From Kudoa neothunni (Eukaryota > Animalia > Cnidaria), in contig OZ199838.1 of assembly GCA_964304625.1 (NCBI GenBank), forward strand, positions 16,971,469-17,035,468: 64,000 bases of DNA. Reading direction: 5' to 3'. The notes under the pieces were generated by a model, which saw nothing but the letters and a program-made list of their open reading frames with translations, did no database searches and was not told the DNA's origin. This document shows positions 40,276 through 53,613 of this stretch, in pieces (the first letter of the stretch is position 1; the number at the start of each line of letters is the position of its first letter). The position numbers and the translations under genes are program-made.

Positions 40276-42198
40276 CAGTCAAACCTCGATATTGCGAGGT
40301 AAATCGTGGATTCAATTTTACTACGCAATACAAAATTAGTACGCAATGCCGATGCTCGCGCGTTGAAGGAAAATTGTATTTTTATGATTTAACCTATTTT
40401 TTAAGCATAGAATCCAGAAATGAAAATATAAGTTAATTGTTGAATGAGGTTTCTTTTTATTTTGTGTGAAAAAAGTTCGTTATGGTAGTTTGGAGTTCTC
40501 TTTTTTTTAGTATTGAGATCAGTCGGTCCATTACAGGGTGTAGGTCGAATAAACCTTCAGGTTCTTCCGCGATAAAAGTTTCCCTTAAAGTTCGTATTTC
40601 TTCCCTAATTTTTTTTGTAGGAACCTTTTTTATAGCTTTGTCTATTTCATCCTTTTCATTATCAGATATATCATTTATGTCGCTATTAATGACGGGATAG
40701 GAGTTTGCTTCATCGTGAACTTTTTCGTTAATTTCAGAGGATGATACGTCATCAAATGAGTCTAGTTAATTTTAGAAATTAATTTTTGATAGGATACCTT
40801 CATGAGTGTTATCATATTCTTGAATTTCTTGAATAGTTGTTGATGCTATTAAACATATATTTATAATTTTAATCAAAAACACCGGACTTTTTAAAGCAAT
40901 TAATAATTGTTTCCTTCGAAACATTATTCCAAGCATTTTTTAACGTTTTTAATCGAATAAAGTATAGTTTTTTAATATTTATTCATTATCATCCAATACA
41001 CTAACCGAATGGAAAATTTTTTTATAGTTGCTTTTTAATGAGTTAATTATTCCTAAATCGCAAGGCTGTAATATTGATGTAGTATTCTTCGGCAAAAATA
41101 AAAATTTAATATTTTCTAGACCGTCCATGTCTTTAGGGTGGGAGGGGCATTGGTCTAATAAGATTAAAACTTTTCTATTCTCTTTTTCAAACATATTGTT
41201 AAATTTTTTCATGATTTGAAAAAAGATAAAGGCGTTCATCCATGAGTTTTTCTGTGAAAAATATTCAATTGGTAGATGGGATATATTTTTAAAACAACGA
41301 GGCTTCTGATATTTACCAATTACAAATAATGGTAATTTTGAATCATCTAAGCTAAGGCCGCGGATACTAAAACCGTAACACGCTTCTTGGACACTTTAGA
41401 TCCTCGGGCATCTTGTTCTGCTTTTAATACATAAGTTCGCTTATTAATTTATTGGTAAAAAAGCGCAGTCTCATCAACATTAATAATATTTGTTGGATCG
41501 TAACTTTGCAGAATATCTTTATTCTCAAATTTCCAAACATATATTGAAGAAGAATCAGCACTAGATGCTTCCCCGTGAAGTCTTACGGAATAAAGTCCAA
41601 ATCTATTTTTAAAGCAAGCCAGCCATCCTCTACTTGCATTAAAATTGTCGATATTCTTTTCTTTGGCGATTGACAATGCTTTTGCTATTATAATTTCGCC
41701 AGAAATTTGTTTTTTATTATTTCGGGCATTTACAATCCACTTATAAACTTGGGTATCGACATCTTCATGTTTACCGTTAGAAAATCGCTTTCTCTTGTTA
41801 GGAATATTGGAATCAGTAATTTTTTGTTCCATTGAGAGAATTCTACTGAGAGTTGAATATTCTTAACAAAAATTATCGTTATTATTAATATAAAGTAAAA
41901 ACATTTGAATACTTAGTCCGAATTTCATTACGGTCATTTTTTTGCACTTTTAACTGATTTAATTGAATTATAGTAATCAATAATTTCATTGGTCTCATCA
42001 ATATCTCGCTGCACTCTCGACATTGTCAATTTTACTGCGCAATATCGAATAATATACGCTTTCTTTTATTTAAAAAGTTTTTTCTTCACGATAATTTTAT
42101 AATATTAGCATTAATATATCTAATATATTTTCCATTTTAACTAAAATAGAACAAATACAAGAGATATTGGGCTACTACGCAATACCGAGGCACGACTG
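40276..42198 (-). mobile_element. Full-length pogo/Tigger element with TA TSD and a 50-nt intron
   Basis: TIRs CAGTCAAACCTCGATATTGCG and (rc) CAGTCGTGCCTCGGTATTGCG, TA on both sides. Motifs FNASRGWL, NVDETALFY, LLDQCPSH, LQPCDLG. Removing 41862-41911 gives MKFGLKYSTLSRILSMEQ. Internal stops and frameshifts. Confidence 0.93.
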
Positions 42199-42209
42199 TA
42201 ATTAGTTAT

Positions 42210-43830
42210 CGAAATGGCATGACGAAATTTCGCCAATGTCGCTACGCACGCACATGCAGAAACATGTGGACGATTCAAGCATGCTAGTATGATTTGAACG
42301 CATGCGCCGTTGCAAAAACTCAACATTTCTGGTGAATCTAATTTTAACAAACCAAATTATTTGCAATTTAAAACCATAAGGAAGGAAGTAAAAATCATGT
42401 TCAATAGATTTAGTTATGTGATGGATTGTTCAAATGGTAACAATCAATATTGGAGATGTCAATACAGAATATTTAAAGGAAGGCTTAGAACTTCACAATT
42501 GGATGATATCTTGCAAATTGAAGAAAAATGACCCATAATCGTTCTTTATCCGTTAATGAAATAAGAAAAATTACTCTTCATCAAAAAATCAAGGATTCGG
42601 CTGAAAGTACAAAATATCCACTAATAAAGTTTATTCTATAACCACAAAGTTTATCAATCTTCATGATCTCCCGATAATTTCAAAGAATTCAATGTATAAA
42701 AATATTCAAAATTCTAGAAAATTGAACTCCATTGATGTCAACTACGAATCCAACTTATATGACTTAAATATCAAATTATTCGGAAATATAAATTTGGCGC
42801 TATGCAACTCCGATTCCAAGGATGCTGAATGTGTCATTATTTTTTCTACTCTCCAAAACCTTGTACATTTGAATAATTCAGAAGTTAGGATATTTCAAGG
42901 GACGTTCAAGGCGGTGCCAAGAGAGTTCTCACAATTATACATGATTCATGGGAGGATATTGGGCAAGGATTTTCCACTCATATATGTATTAATGGCAAAT
43001 CGAATCGAAACGATGTATGCCAAAATTTTGTGCATTCTCAAAGATAAGAAAATGAAGTTTACCAAATTTTTGATTATCGACTTTAAAAACTAAGTATTCA
43101 ATGCTTTTAAAAGGACATCAAATAATAAGTCCATAAAATTCTGCCTTTTTCATTTTGAACAATGCGTCCGGAGACGAATACAACAAGATGGATTATCTAA
43201 TTTATATGAAAATAACGTTGATTTCAAGTTTTATATCAAATGTTTCTTGTTCCAATAGATTTTGTTCGCTATGAGCTTACCAAATTGAAAAATAAAAGAA
43301 ATAAGTTTGTTGATGTGGATTTAGCATCGTTTATAACTTATTTCGAAAACAACTTTATAAATTATTCAAGATTTTTAGTAGAAAATTGGAATGCTTTCGA
43401 CTGTGTTATTGAGGGAATAAACCTAATATCGAATTAGGCAGAACCATTCAACTGTCATTTTCATAATCGATTCTATCAGAACCATGCTGGCTTACAAACA
43501 TTTATGGAGGTATTAAAAGAAACACAGAGTAATACCGAACACGATATTCAATCTTGCATATGCAATCCAAATTCTATTTTATATGAAACACATAATGTAC
43601 TAAAAATGGATAAAATTAAAGATTTCCTCCTTAAATATGAGAAATATTACGAAACGTATAATTTGGAAGCTATTTCCTTGATGTGTATTTGGAAATTAAG
43701 CTAAAATTATATTTTGTAATTAAATTAACTCTCGTCTATAAATATTTTTGTAGTTTGCCTTATATATTCGTGAATTTATAATTTAACGCAGTTTGTGCGT
43801 GCGCAGACGTCGAAAAGTCCCCGGCTGATT
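42210..43830 (+). mobile_element. Decayed MULE element related to 33290-34687
   Basis: YWRCQYR..KGRLRT, GTFKAVPREFSQLYMIHG, IIDF, YFENNFI. Weak GC-rich terminal inverted similarity (CGCACGCACA). Confidence 0.85.
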
Positions 43831-43994
43831 TTTAACAATTACCTAACCAAAATTTTTTATAATTCAAATGTCATAATAGCATATTAGGCCATTGAAACAC
43901 ATTTCTATACAGAACACACTAATATTACTATTAAAATGAATATTTCTAAATTACTACGTAACTTGGTTCTGTATGGAATATTATCGCACTACTA

Positions 43995-46900
43995 TCATGC
44001 TTTGATGTAAATATTTTCACATTTTTCGTAAATTTCATTCTTTTTGACGCTTCTGTAGCGTATTACCGCACCAGCGATTGCCATAGCCACTAAGGCTACT
44101 GCAGCACCTGCCACAATCATCTTGAAATGATCTTTTGCTAATACATTATTAGACTCTCCTAATGCTGCAGAACTTTGATATAAGCCCACATGATCGCTTT
44201 CGTGATTATCATGTTCTACAGAATTTTGAGATACATCTACCATATTTATGGTAGTCCCAACTGATTCAGTAGATGATTGGTTGCTGTTTAAATTTTTAAC
44301 ATAATCTTCGTCTTTTATCATTGCTGTATCAAGTTTATTCCTAAATTCTTCTGCTTCTCTTGGAATAGTGGCTTCGATTTGATCGTTATTTATTGTAATT
44401 TTAATAGGATCTTTATTTCGATCAAGGAAACTCTCTATTGTTGAGATAAGTACAGTGTATTTTATGTCCAATTCATCTAAATTGTTTTCATTAGTTTCCG
44501 AACCAATTTTCGTTAATAATGATTGAATTTGATCTAATAAGTCGGCAGCTTTAGATTTTTTTTCGGAATATTCATTGTCAATGCTATTTTGTTGGTTAAT
44601 ATAATGCGTATTGGCTTCGGAAATGGTTTCTGATACGTTTTTCAAATTCTCCTCAAATTTTTCTATCAAACTTTGTTGTGTAACTTCCATTTCATTAAAT
44701 TTCAATGTCAACTCCTCAGGAATATCATGATGTAAACCGCTGGATTTAGTTAACATTGCGTTATGTGCTGCTTTGTATTCTTCAAACTTATTTAAAGTTG
44801 TAGACTTTTCATTTTCTAATAATTTAGTCTGTGATTCACCATTAGTTGAAATTTCGGCTTGTTTATCCTTTATCAAATCCTTATTTTTTTCGTATTGAGA
44901 CTGAATTGCTGCCAAGAAGCTATTAAGCTTTCCTTTTTTTTCAGCGAGTTTTTTGGTAGCTTCATTAATTGTAGAGGCTGTTTCTTCGAATGAATTCAAT
45001 TTCTTAAAGAATGAATTAAGTTTAGTTTTTTCATTTAAAACATTCCTGGAGTACTCTTCAATAAATTGTGCTTCAACAGCAATCTCACTATTCACGTTGC
45101 TTTTCATAGTAGACAATTGTGTCAATTCCTGTTTCATGTTGTCGGTTGTAGCTTTGAATAAATCAAACTTTTTTTTCAAATCAACTTTCATTTTTTCAAT
45201 TATTTCCACATCATTATTTGAAAATGCAGATTTATCATTATTAAATGTGTTATATTTTTGAAGAAGGCTCATTATGTCACTCTTGGCGGTTTCCAAAGTT
45301 GCAGTGTTCTTCTCATAGTTTGTAGAAATTGAAGACAATTCATTTTCATGATTCTTTATTTTATTATCTACTTCAGTAACAGATTCACCACACGCGATAT
45401 TTAGATCTTTCAAACTCGAAAAATTATTTTCCACCGAGAATTCTCCTTCCAGGTGTCGCACAATTATTGAACTCTGGTTAATTGATTCAATCTTTGCTAC
45501 CTTGTCGTTAGCTTCTTTGATGGTTTTTGTATAATATTCATTCTCTTTTTTATAACCATTGCTTTTGGTATTGAGTGTTTCTTTGTAGTTTTCAAATAAA
45601 TCGGTGAGTTCATCTTTGATTCTTGTGAAAGAAGTTTTATCCATGATTTCGACTGTTTTTAGTCCATACTCAAGAGATTCCACCATATTAGCATGCACAT
45701 TTTCCATATTTTTGACTTCTATTTCGTAACCGGATTTCAAGGATTTCAATTTGTTAATTTCGTCAACTATACCAGGGATCATGAGTTTAATACTTTCGTA
45801 GGATTTTTCATAGTTTTTGATATCATTTGATAGTTTTTCAACTTCATTATTGAGATTTAAATTTAAATTTGATTTTTCTTTAGAGATCAATAATTCAAAT
45901 TCACCAGGCGTAATATTTTTACTAGTTGATAATTTCTTTTTTGCTTCTTCTATATTTTTATAATCTTGGGTTAATTTTTGAGTATGCTCAATGATACTAT
46001 TCATAAGTACTTTATTTTCGTTGATTTTGGATTGAGCATAATCAATTTGGGATTTTAAATTATTCTTATTTATCGTGGTTTGGCTCAATTTTTCTTTGGT
46101 AACGTCAACCAAGTTAGAAAACCAGCCTGACATTTCATTAGCTTTAGTTATGAGAAATGAGGATTTATTTTTGGGGAGTGACAATTTGAAACGATCATTA
46201 TTATCTTTCACTTTTTGTATGGTTTCCGATGCTGTGGTCAAACTATCTTCTATTGTTGTTAATTGTGTATTATCAATTTGGGATTCATATGAACCTAAAT
46301 TTTTTAACAGTTCCTCCTTTCTACTACCAATATCATTCAATTTGGTGGCGGGATTTGTAAAGGATAGCATATCATCTAATTTTTTCTGATTAAGGTTTTT
46401 TCGATATAGTGGAATTTCTTCTTTTGTTATGGTTTCGATTTCAGATTTCAACGTTTGGTAGGTTTTTAAAGTATTTGTATTCTCAGTTTTCAATTGGTCG
46501 GAAGTTCTTTGCAACTTTTCAACATTATTATTAACTTGAGTATACAAGTTTTCAACTTTTTTAAACTCAAGATTTAAACTTGTGTTAAATGATTGTCTTG
46601 TCTCCTTCAAAAATTTTTGAATTTTATTGTTTAATCTTTTACCGCTAAACGTTCGATCTCTTAATTCGGATACTGACGGGAGTTTGTTGATTTGTGATAT
46701 ATAATCATCAATTTTCTTTTTTATAGGTTGTATGCGGTTAATGGCAACAGACGTCGCTTTAGTTAATTCGTCTAAATTTTTTAGTGTTAACGTAATTTCA
46801 GTTATAAATCCTTTAGTTTTGGAATCCAGATTTTTGTACGAGTTAAGCGCTGCTTGTAGTTCACCAATTTTTTTTTTCATTTTATTCAACAAATCTTCCG

Positions 46901-47882
46901 AGATATAAGTCGTTGATGATAAATCACTTTGTGTTTTTGTTAGCAAACTTTCAATTTCATCTTCTTTGTCAATAGGCACGCTCCCAATCTTCAAATTATT
47001 TAGAATTGAAGTGAAATTTTTATAATTATTCAAATAATTTTCAAACAATTCTTGATTGTACTGTGTGATAAAAGATTGCATCTCAGATTTGATGTTTTCA
47101 AAGTATGGAACCATTGCCTCTGTCATTTTAGTATAGAAAGGGTCCATTATTTCATTTCTTTCTTTTATTACCTGAGTTAACTTAATTGTGGGATCAACAA
47201 GGCAGTATTTTTTGTTATATCTATAATTGTCTAAACTTTGTCGGTAATTTTTCATTGTTTGTATGGAATTTGGCATGTCTTTAATTGAAGTTAGCATATC
47301 GAATCCTAATTTATAAGAATAACAATCATTATAATCAGTAGCATTCACATCTTGATAAAATTTGAGCTGTGCATTTAAAAATTGTACAGCTTTATCATGC
47401 TCCTCTTGATATTTATTTGTGGAGTGGCATGCATTCTTGAATTGTTTGAAATCTCCGGCGGCCGTATGTAAACGTGACAAATTATCTCTACATAATCTCT
47501 CCATTGGCTTTTCGGTAACATATTGTTTAAATGGTTCTACTTCATAGATTTCATACGCTTGAACAAGCAAGAACAGTTCTTTTCGCAACAAATTATCTAT
47601 TTTCTCGTCAGTATAACGAAGCATGTGAGATTTGTATTTTTCCCTTGCGTTTTGAAGGGTTTTCACCATTATTTGAGATCTTTTAGTTTCTTCGTTCAAC
47701 ATATTGTATTTTTGTATATAGTCTTGCCTTAATTTATCATAGATTTCACACGTGGACACATTTTCATAGTTTATTGTAGGAGTAGTGGAATAAGATGACA
47801 ATGTCATCAACAACACGGAGTCTATGCAACTAATTAGTCAATCTAAATAATAATAGTTTTTACATATTAGTTGATTGAACAT
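43995..47882 (-). CDS. Large type I membrane surface protein, paralogue B (1281 aa), intact
   Basis: Exon 47882-47864 plus intron 47863-47822 gives MFNQLIYSVLLMTLSSYS. Single long second exon. TM IVAGAAVALVAMAIAGAVI, tail RYRSVKKNEIYEKCENIYIKA. Confidence 0.92.
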
Positions 47883-48610
47883 AGTCGAAAATTTTGTTAT
47901 GGCTTCTGACTTTCCTTATCAGCAGTTTGTTAGATTAGTTTATTAGGTTATTACACAATCGTAAATATATACAAGAAATGTTTTAATCAGCTTATACAAA
48001 TTCTATCTATTATAGGAGTCTGTATAGATAATTAATAATAGAAAGAATGAATGCTATTCAATTTTAATAAAATGTATTGTAGTGCAATTTGTAAGTGTAT
48101 TACATTTAGGATATTTAATTGTTAGTTATTTATTTTTGTGGAATTATAATTTTCTTTAAATTTAATAGTTGTTAAAATTTTATGATTTAATAAGTAATTA
48201 ATAATAGCATAACTTTTGTATCCTATATATGAAAGTCACGATCATAATTGATACCCGAAGGTTCTTAGGTTATTAAATTCCACGTGATTAAATATAATCA
48301 AATAATCATAGATAATGCATTGTCTTTCTATTCATATTAAATTAAACTAAATGATCAAATAAAAACAAAATGAATAAATTCATCTCTATTTGATGGATGG
48401 AATTATATAAAGATGGAGACATTCAATGAGAAGCATTTTGACATTATCAATTAATTCATCACAAATACTTATTAAGAATTTTCATTATATGAGATATGAA
48501 TGGACAAAAATGAATAAATGTATAAGTGTAATAGATAATTAGTGAATTTTTTTAATTTTTCCAAAAATTAAAATTGCAGAACCTTCATTGATACCAGTAA
48601 CCCTTTAACG

Positions 48611-48830
48611 CAGGGGTTCTCAACCGGGGATAAATTTTCCCCTTGGAAGTAAAATATAAAAGACAGGGGGTAAACTAAGTAACGTCAAAATTAGATGTAT
48701 AAATTTTTGCATAATCGGTTTGGGATGCATGATATAATTCCTTAGGAATTATATTATGTGGGGATATTAAAATCAATAACAATCTGGGGGGAATTCTTTT
48801 AATGTTTTTAGGAATAAGTTTTTAACAGCT
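48611..48830. mobile_element. hAT-like non-autonomous element end
   Basis: CAGGGGTTCTCAACC is a typical hAT/Charlie TIR start. The other end was not found. Confidence 0.4.
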
Positions 48831-48840
48831 AATTATAAAA

Positions 48841-48930
48841 CTATAGCGACAAAGCCCCGCTTCGCGCGAACTTCCTTGCCCGGCCAAGTAGACTAAAGCC
48901 TTGAGTAGGTCATGGTCATGTCAGTTTAAG
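48841..48930 (-). mobile_element. Helitron 3' terminus (possibly that of the large minus-strand Helitron)
   Basis: Reverse complement GGCCGGGCAAGGAA...GCGAAGCGGGGCTTTGTCGCTATAG|T closely matches the 3' end at 61696-61738. Confidence 0.65.
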
Positions 48931-49472
48931 GTAAATTAAGAATATTTAGATAAATAATACAAGGATGAGTCGTAATATTCGGCTATGCTCGAGGTTTTGA
49001 GAATATCTAATTCAGAAAAAAAATTGAAAAAAAAATGATTTAAATTATATTTTTTAAAATAATAAATGTTTCATTATGTTAATAGCACAAATATTTGTCG
49101 AAAATTTACTACGCGAAATAAACTGCCATAAACGAAACTTAACAAAATTTTACTTAATAATGTAATTAGTTTTTATATTTAAGAAGAAAAAGAAAAAAAC
49201 CTAATAAAAACAAATGAAAATCATTTCGTTTAAATCTCATCATCATTATTTGCTGCATCCGTGGTTTTAAGAAACCATGAAAAGCAACTAGAAATCGACG
49301 TATACGTGCAGAATTACAACGGAATACAACTATACAGTCAACGCATAAAGGGATATAGAATCCGAAATTGAATTCTCACTTGAATTTTTTTAGGGGCCTG
49401 TTAGTTGAATCATACTTATAACAATGTGGTAGATTAAATTTTTAACATTAAACCTTATAAACTCTTACCAGC

Positions 49473-49526
49473 GAAATTTCGTCAAACACTAAATTTTGAA
49501 ATTTCGTCAAACACTAAATTTTGAAA
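49473..49526. repeat. 25-bp exact tandem duplication
   Basis: GAAATTTCGTCAAACACTAAATTTT occurs twice in tandem. Confidence 0.9.
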
Positions 49527-52500
49527 AATGCAGACAAACAAAATTCAAAATACTTCCACAAGCATATTCAAAGATATGACAACATAATACAAAGCCACTT
49601 TTAGATCTAACGCGTTTATTTAATCAGGATTTGTTGTTACTTTAAGATTTGGGGTCAAATTGGCCCTGGAATTGGATTGTAGTAGTTTTAAGACGATGGC
49701 GAACCGACATTTTACAAAATATATTTCTTGGAAGATTTGCATATGTAAACATAGAATTGATCAGCAACACGTTCCCAGAATAGATACAGATACGTATTTT
49801 TCTAACAACCAATATATGTTTAACAAGCAAAATAGCCAAACCTACCATTTTTAGATTGTTTGGAAATCCACCCAATTTCTCATCCTATTTCAATGAAAGA
49901 TACTAATGGCATTCTTAAGTAAATAGAGGTTGATATAACACTTCAAGTCACTATTAATGGTCCCCATAAAGTTAGATCAGCAGCGTGAAGTATTAGACAT
50001 TTTTTTGTAAAATTAACGCAACACACTTCAAACAATAATCGAAGCACAATAATCGCATAACCTACTGCAACACCCAAAATTAAATGTCGGGGATGATGAA
50101 TGTTATCAGTTTTGCACTCCAAAAATTGGCAAACAAAAGTGTGTCGTGTAAAGTTTCTACTTATATCGCTTAATGATGATACAATAATGTTCCACATAAC
50201 ATGGTAGATATATTCCGAAAAATAAAATCAAAGAAACATTGTTTCATATAAATAAATTTGAATGAAATTTATATAAACACTGAATTTAAATAGGCGAGTA
50301 AGATCCATAAAGATAAGAAAATGATAGCATAGCCAGTTACCGTAATATCTCCCTATAAACTATATTTTTGGTCCGACCATTCATTTGGAGAAAAACTGTA
50401 TAAATTGTGTTTGGAACCTACCCTGGAGTTGGCGACATACAACTGCTCATGAGAAAAACGCGGTTCCTCCAAATTTAAATTGGCAACTTTGAAGGTTTCC
50501 CCCTGGGTCTTATTTACGAACATTGCAAAGCATGGTTTGATGGGAAATAGCAGTCTTCTAAAATTAAAGGTGGCGTCTGAAGGGGCAATCGGAATATTTA
50601 CATTCTCTTAGGCACAACCAGTTACGATAGTGGCCAAAATAAGATAAGACATTAGCGACTTTACCATTAAACGAGTGCCGTAACACAACCTTGGTGAATC
50701 TAAACTTCTTATCAATATAATTGGAATGGCTAACTTTAGAAGAATCTTGTGCGAAGGAACCCCCGAAAGCTCTAGAGTCTAGACTGTTGAGGAATTCAAC
50801 AGGGAAATTGACACACTGATATTTGTTCACAACAGTGACATATGGTTTATACACTGAAGAGTCGCCTGGAATAAGACGAATCAATCTATCATCGATTTTG
50901 TTTACGGAATGGTTTGTGGGGGTTTAGATAGTTCGTTCTGAGAGCCAATTTGAGTATGAAAAGTTTGTTTGTATTTCTAGTAAAATACGGTCTATCAATT
51001 CATCCATGAACAAAACCAGGTTTGGCACGGAGCATAGAGGATACATCCATCGGACTCAATGGTAAGTTGATCATCACCAATCCGTAGTATTTCTGAAATA
51101 GATTGACTGGCTCCTTATTCGTTGATGATTTGCACTCAAATATTGGCGGTGAGATGGATGGTTTAACGTTTGCCCATGTGGAAGAGAACTTTATGGAACA
51201 TTTTACTTGGTCATATCTTGTACCTCTCGTTATTAAGGGTAGAGTTTAACTAAAATCGCCGGACAAAATCATTGTGATTCCGCCAAATGGAATGTTTTTG
51301 TATGCTAAATCCCTTATTCTTCTATTTAAAGCTACGAAAAACACTCTGTTTGCCAACGTACATTCATCCCATATGATGATCGTGCATCTGGTCAACAATT
51401 GGGACAAACCTGCTTCCTTTCTGATTGCACATACTTCGGCACCATCACCCTTAATCGCGATTAGCAACATAAATATACTGTGGGCCGTGCCATTCCCTGG
51501 TAATAAAGTGGCTGCAATACCCGGAGAAGCAACAGCGAGAAAATTTTAGAATCTATTCTTAATTAGGCAAATAAAAGTTTTGTCATTAATTTCTGAACTA
51601 TATTACCTGGTGCACCAAAAAAAAAACGTTACAAACACCTATATCGTAATAAATGCTCCCCAACACTGTTTTGAATGCAAATTGTCGGTCAGTTGTCAGT
51701 TTCGTCATGTTTATTTCAACCAACTCGGATAATTGTTCAGTGTTGTAGGAAACTCTCTCTGGATTTTGTTTGGAAGAGGGACGCAAAATGTTTTGTCCAA
51801 ATGAGGAAATCCGTATGAATTTAACATTACTCCATCCATTTGAATCAAGTGTTGTCTGTGTCAATTAGGGTCATGTTAAAAATGTCAGAATTAAAAATCA
51901 CCTTTGGCATTAAACTGGTTTGTTACAGTTGATACCGCTAACCTTCCGACATAGGTTTCCTAAAAAGTAACCACAGTTTATGAAGCTGGCGCATTTCGCA
52001 ATTTCTGATCAACTGTGCGAATAATTTTCGTAATTGACGTGGACTGTTTGCATGAGCAGCTTCCCTTAATATACATTCTCAGTGGTTGTCTCCCTTCAAC
52101 AAATCACTTTCATTGCACGCTTCAAGGAATATTGGATATACCTGGCCGTGAACCTTTTTATGATTTTCAAAAGTTTTAGGCCCATTTACACAATGGAGCA
52201 ACATCCTCAAATAAAAACATTCTTGATATGAAAGATGTACACTGTAAACTCTTCCTATTGTAGAGTCGAATCGTATGCCTGGATGGCCTTCAACTGGACA
52301 TCCTCTTTTCCCAATGCCAAACTATTGTCCGACCATATGTAATAAGATGAGACAGAGCGAATTCGTCATTCTGGCATAGGCTGAAAAAGCGGTTAATCTC
52401 GTGTCCCTTTGGATTTTGTAACCGATTCAACAAAGTTTCGTCGGTGAAATAAATACGCTGACCGTTCTCCGAAATCCCTCACTACTGCTTATGTAGCGAC

Positions 52501-53230
52501 CAGGCTGGTAATTGGAAACTTCATCCAAACGATCTTCTTGATTAGCAGCAAACATGGTCGCATCAAAACCTTTGTTTACATACTTGCATATATATTTGGG
52601 GGTCTTGACTGAATTGTAATACTCTACATTAATATGAGTATTGAAAATCTTCGTCAACAAAGGACAATAGGGAACAATCCACTTATTTTCTATGATGATT
52701 TCCCTATCGTTGTTCAGATGGATTGACGCACCAAAACCCCATCTTCAGGTCTTCTGTAAACATGATATCTATCAGTATTCGTCTGGGATAGTTTTTGGTG
52801 CATTCTCTCTGATCATACATGTATGGGCTTTTTGGATTCAACGCACCACAGAGACCATGGTTGTTCTTACAATCTAAAACAATACTGGACCTACACCTGG
52901 GTCTGGTAATTCGTTCGATATGAATTTGTCGATATCATTGGAACGCAGTTTCTGGTTCATCCAGACCAATATATGAGCGTGTGGAAGCCCTCTTTGCTGT
53001 CACTCAATAGTATACATATAACACTGAATTTCACCATAAAACTTCAATCTATGAATTAAAATCATCAAAACATTTAACTTCAAGTTGAATACTCTATCTA
53101 CTATGTCCAGTCTCCCTTTAGATGCTTGGCTAGGAAATAACTCTTCATTCAGTTAACTCCAAAATGGATTACATGTGAATGTTATAAATAGGTCTGGCCC
53201 TCTAAAACATCGAACGTAGGTCATGGCAAG

Positions 53231-53613
53231 TGTCATGTACATAATCTCTTCTTTTAACAACGTTAAGTATTATAACCTCCTCCCAGCTCCAAAGTACAAC
53301 ACTTAACTTTTTCCTAGCAACCGACTAATGTGATTCATAATCATCGTAAATGATTCTTCCCAATATTCAACAAATAGAAATACTCATTCCTTAACATCCA
53401 TTTCATAACCTTATCCTACAAGACGCCGGTAAATGAATATCTCCAAACATCACGTATTCCACGACGAGTTCACGCCACAACGCGGGTTGCTTCAATACAA
53501 AAATGTAGCATTTAAACATTGTAGTAATTTATCATTAGTCTAATCCCCTTTGTTGTTTTACTTTCAAACTGTTTTCTTTTACTGGCGCTAGCATTCATAA
53601 CTTAGTTACAACA
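53231..53613. mobile_element. 383-bp solo LTR inserted in the Helitron Rep region
   Basis: TGT...ACA ends. Absent at the homologous site of Helitron copy 1 (GATGCAGCTTGCCATG, ~36316-36331). Degenerate TSD GCAAG/ACAGG. Confidence 0.8.

Noticed and set aside
15507-47732. Antisense ORFs within the large genes and transposases
   Set aside because: Shadow frames of codon-biased coding sequence.
15364-47816. Calling the large proteins SMC, myosin or Plasmodium RBL orthologues
   Set aside because: No Walker motifs, hinge or motor domain. Any similarity would be compositional coiled-coil noise.
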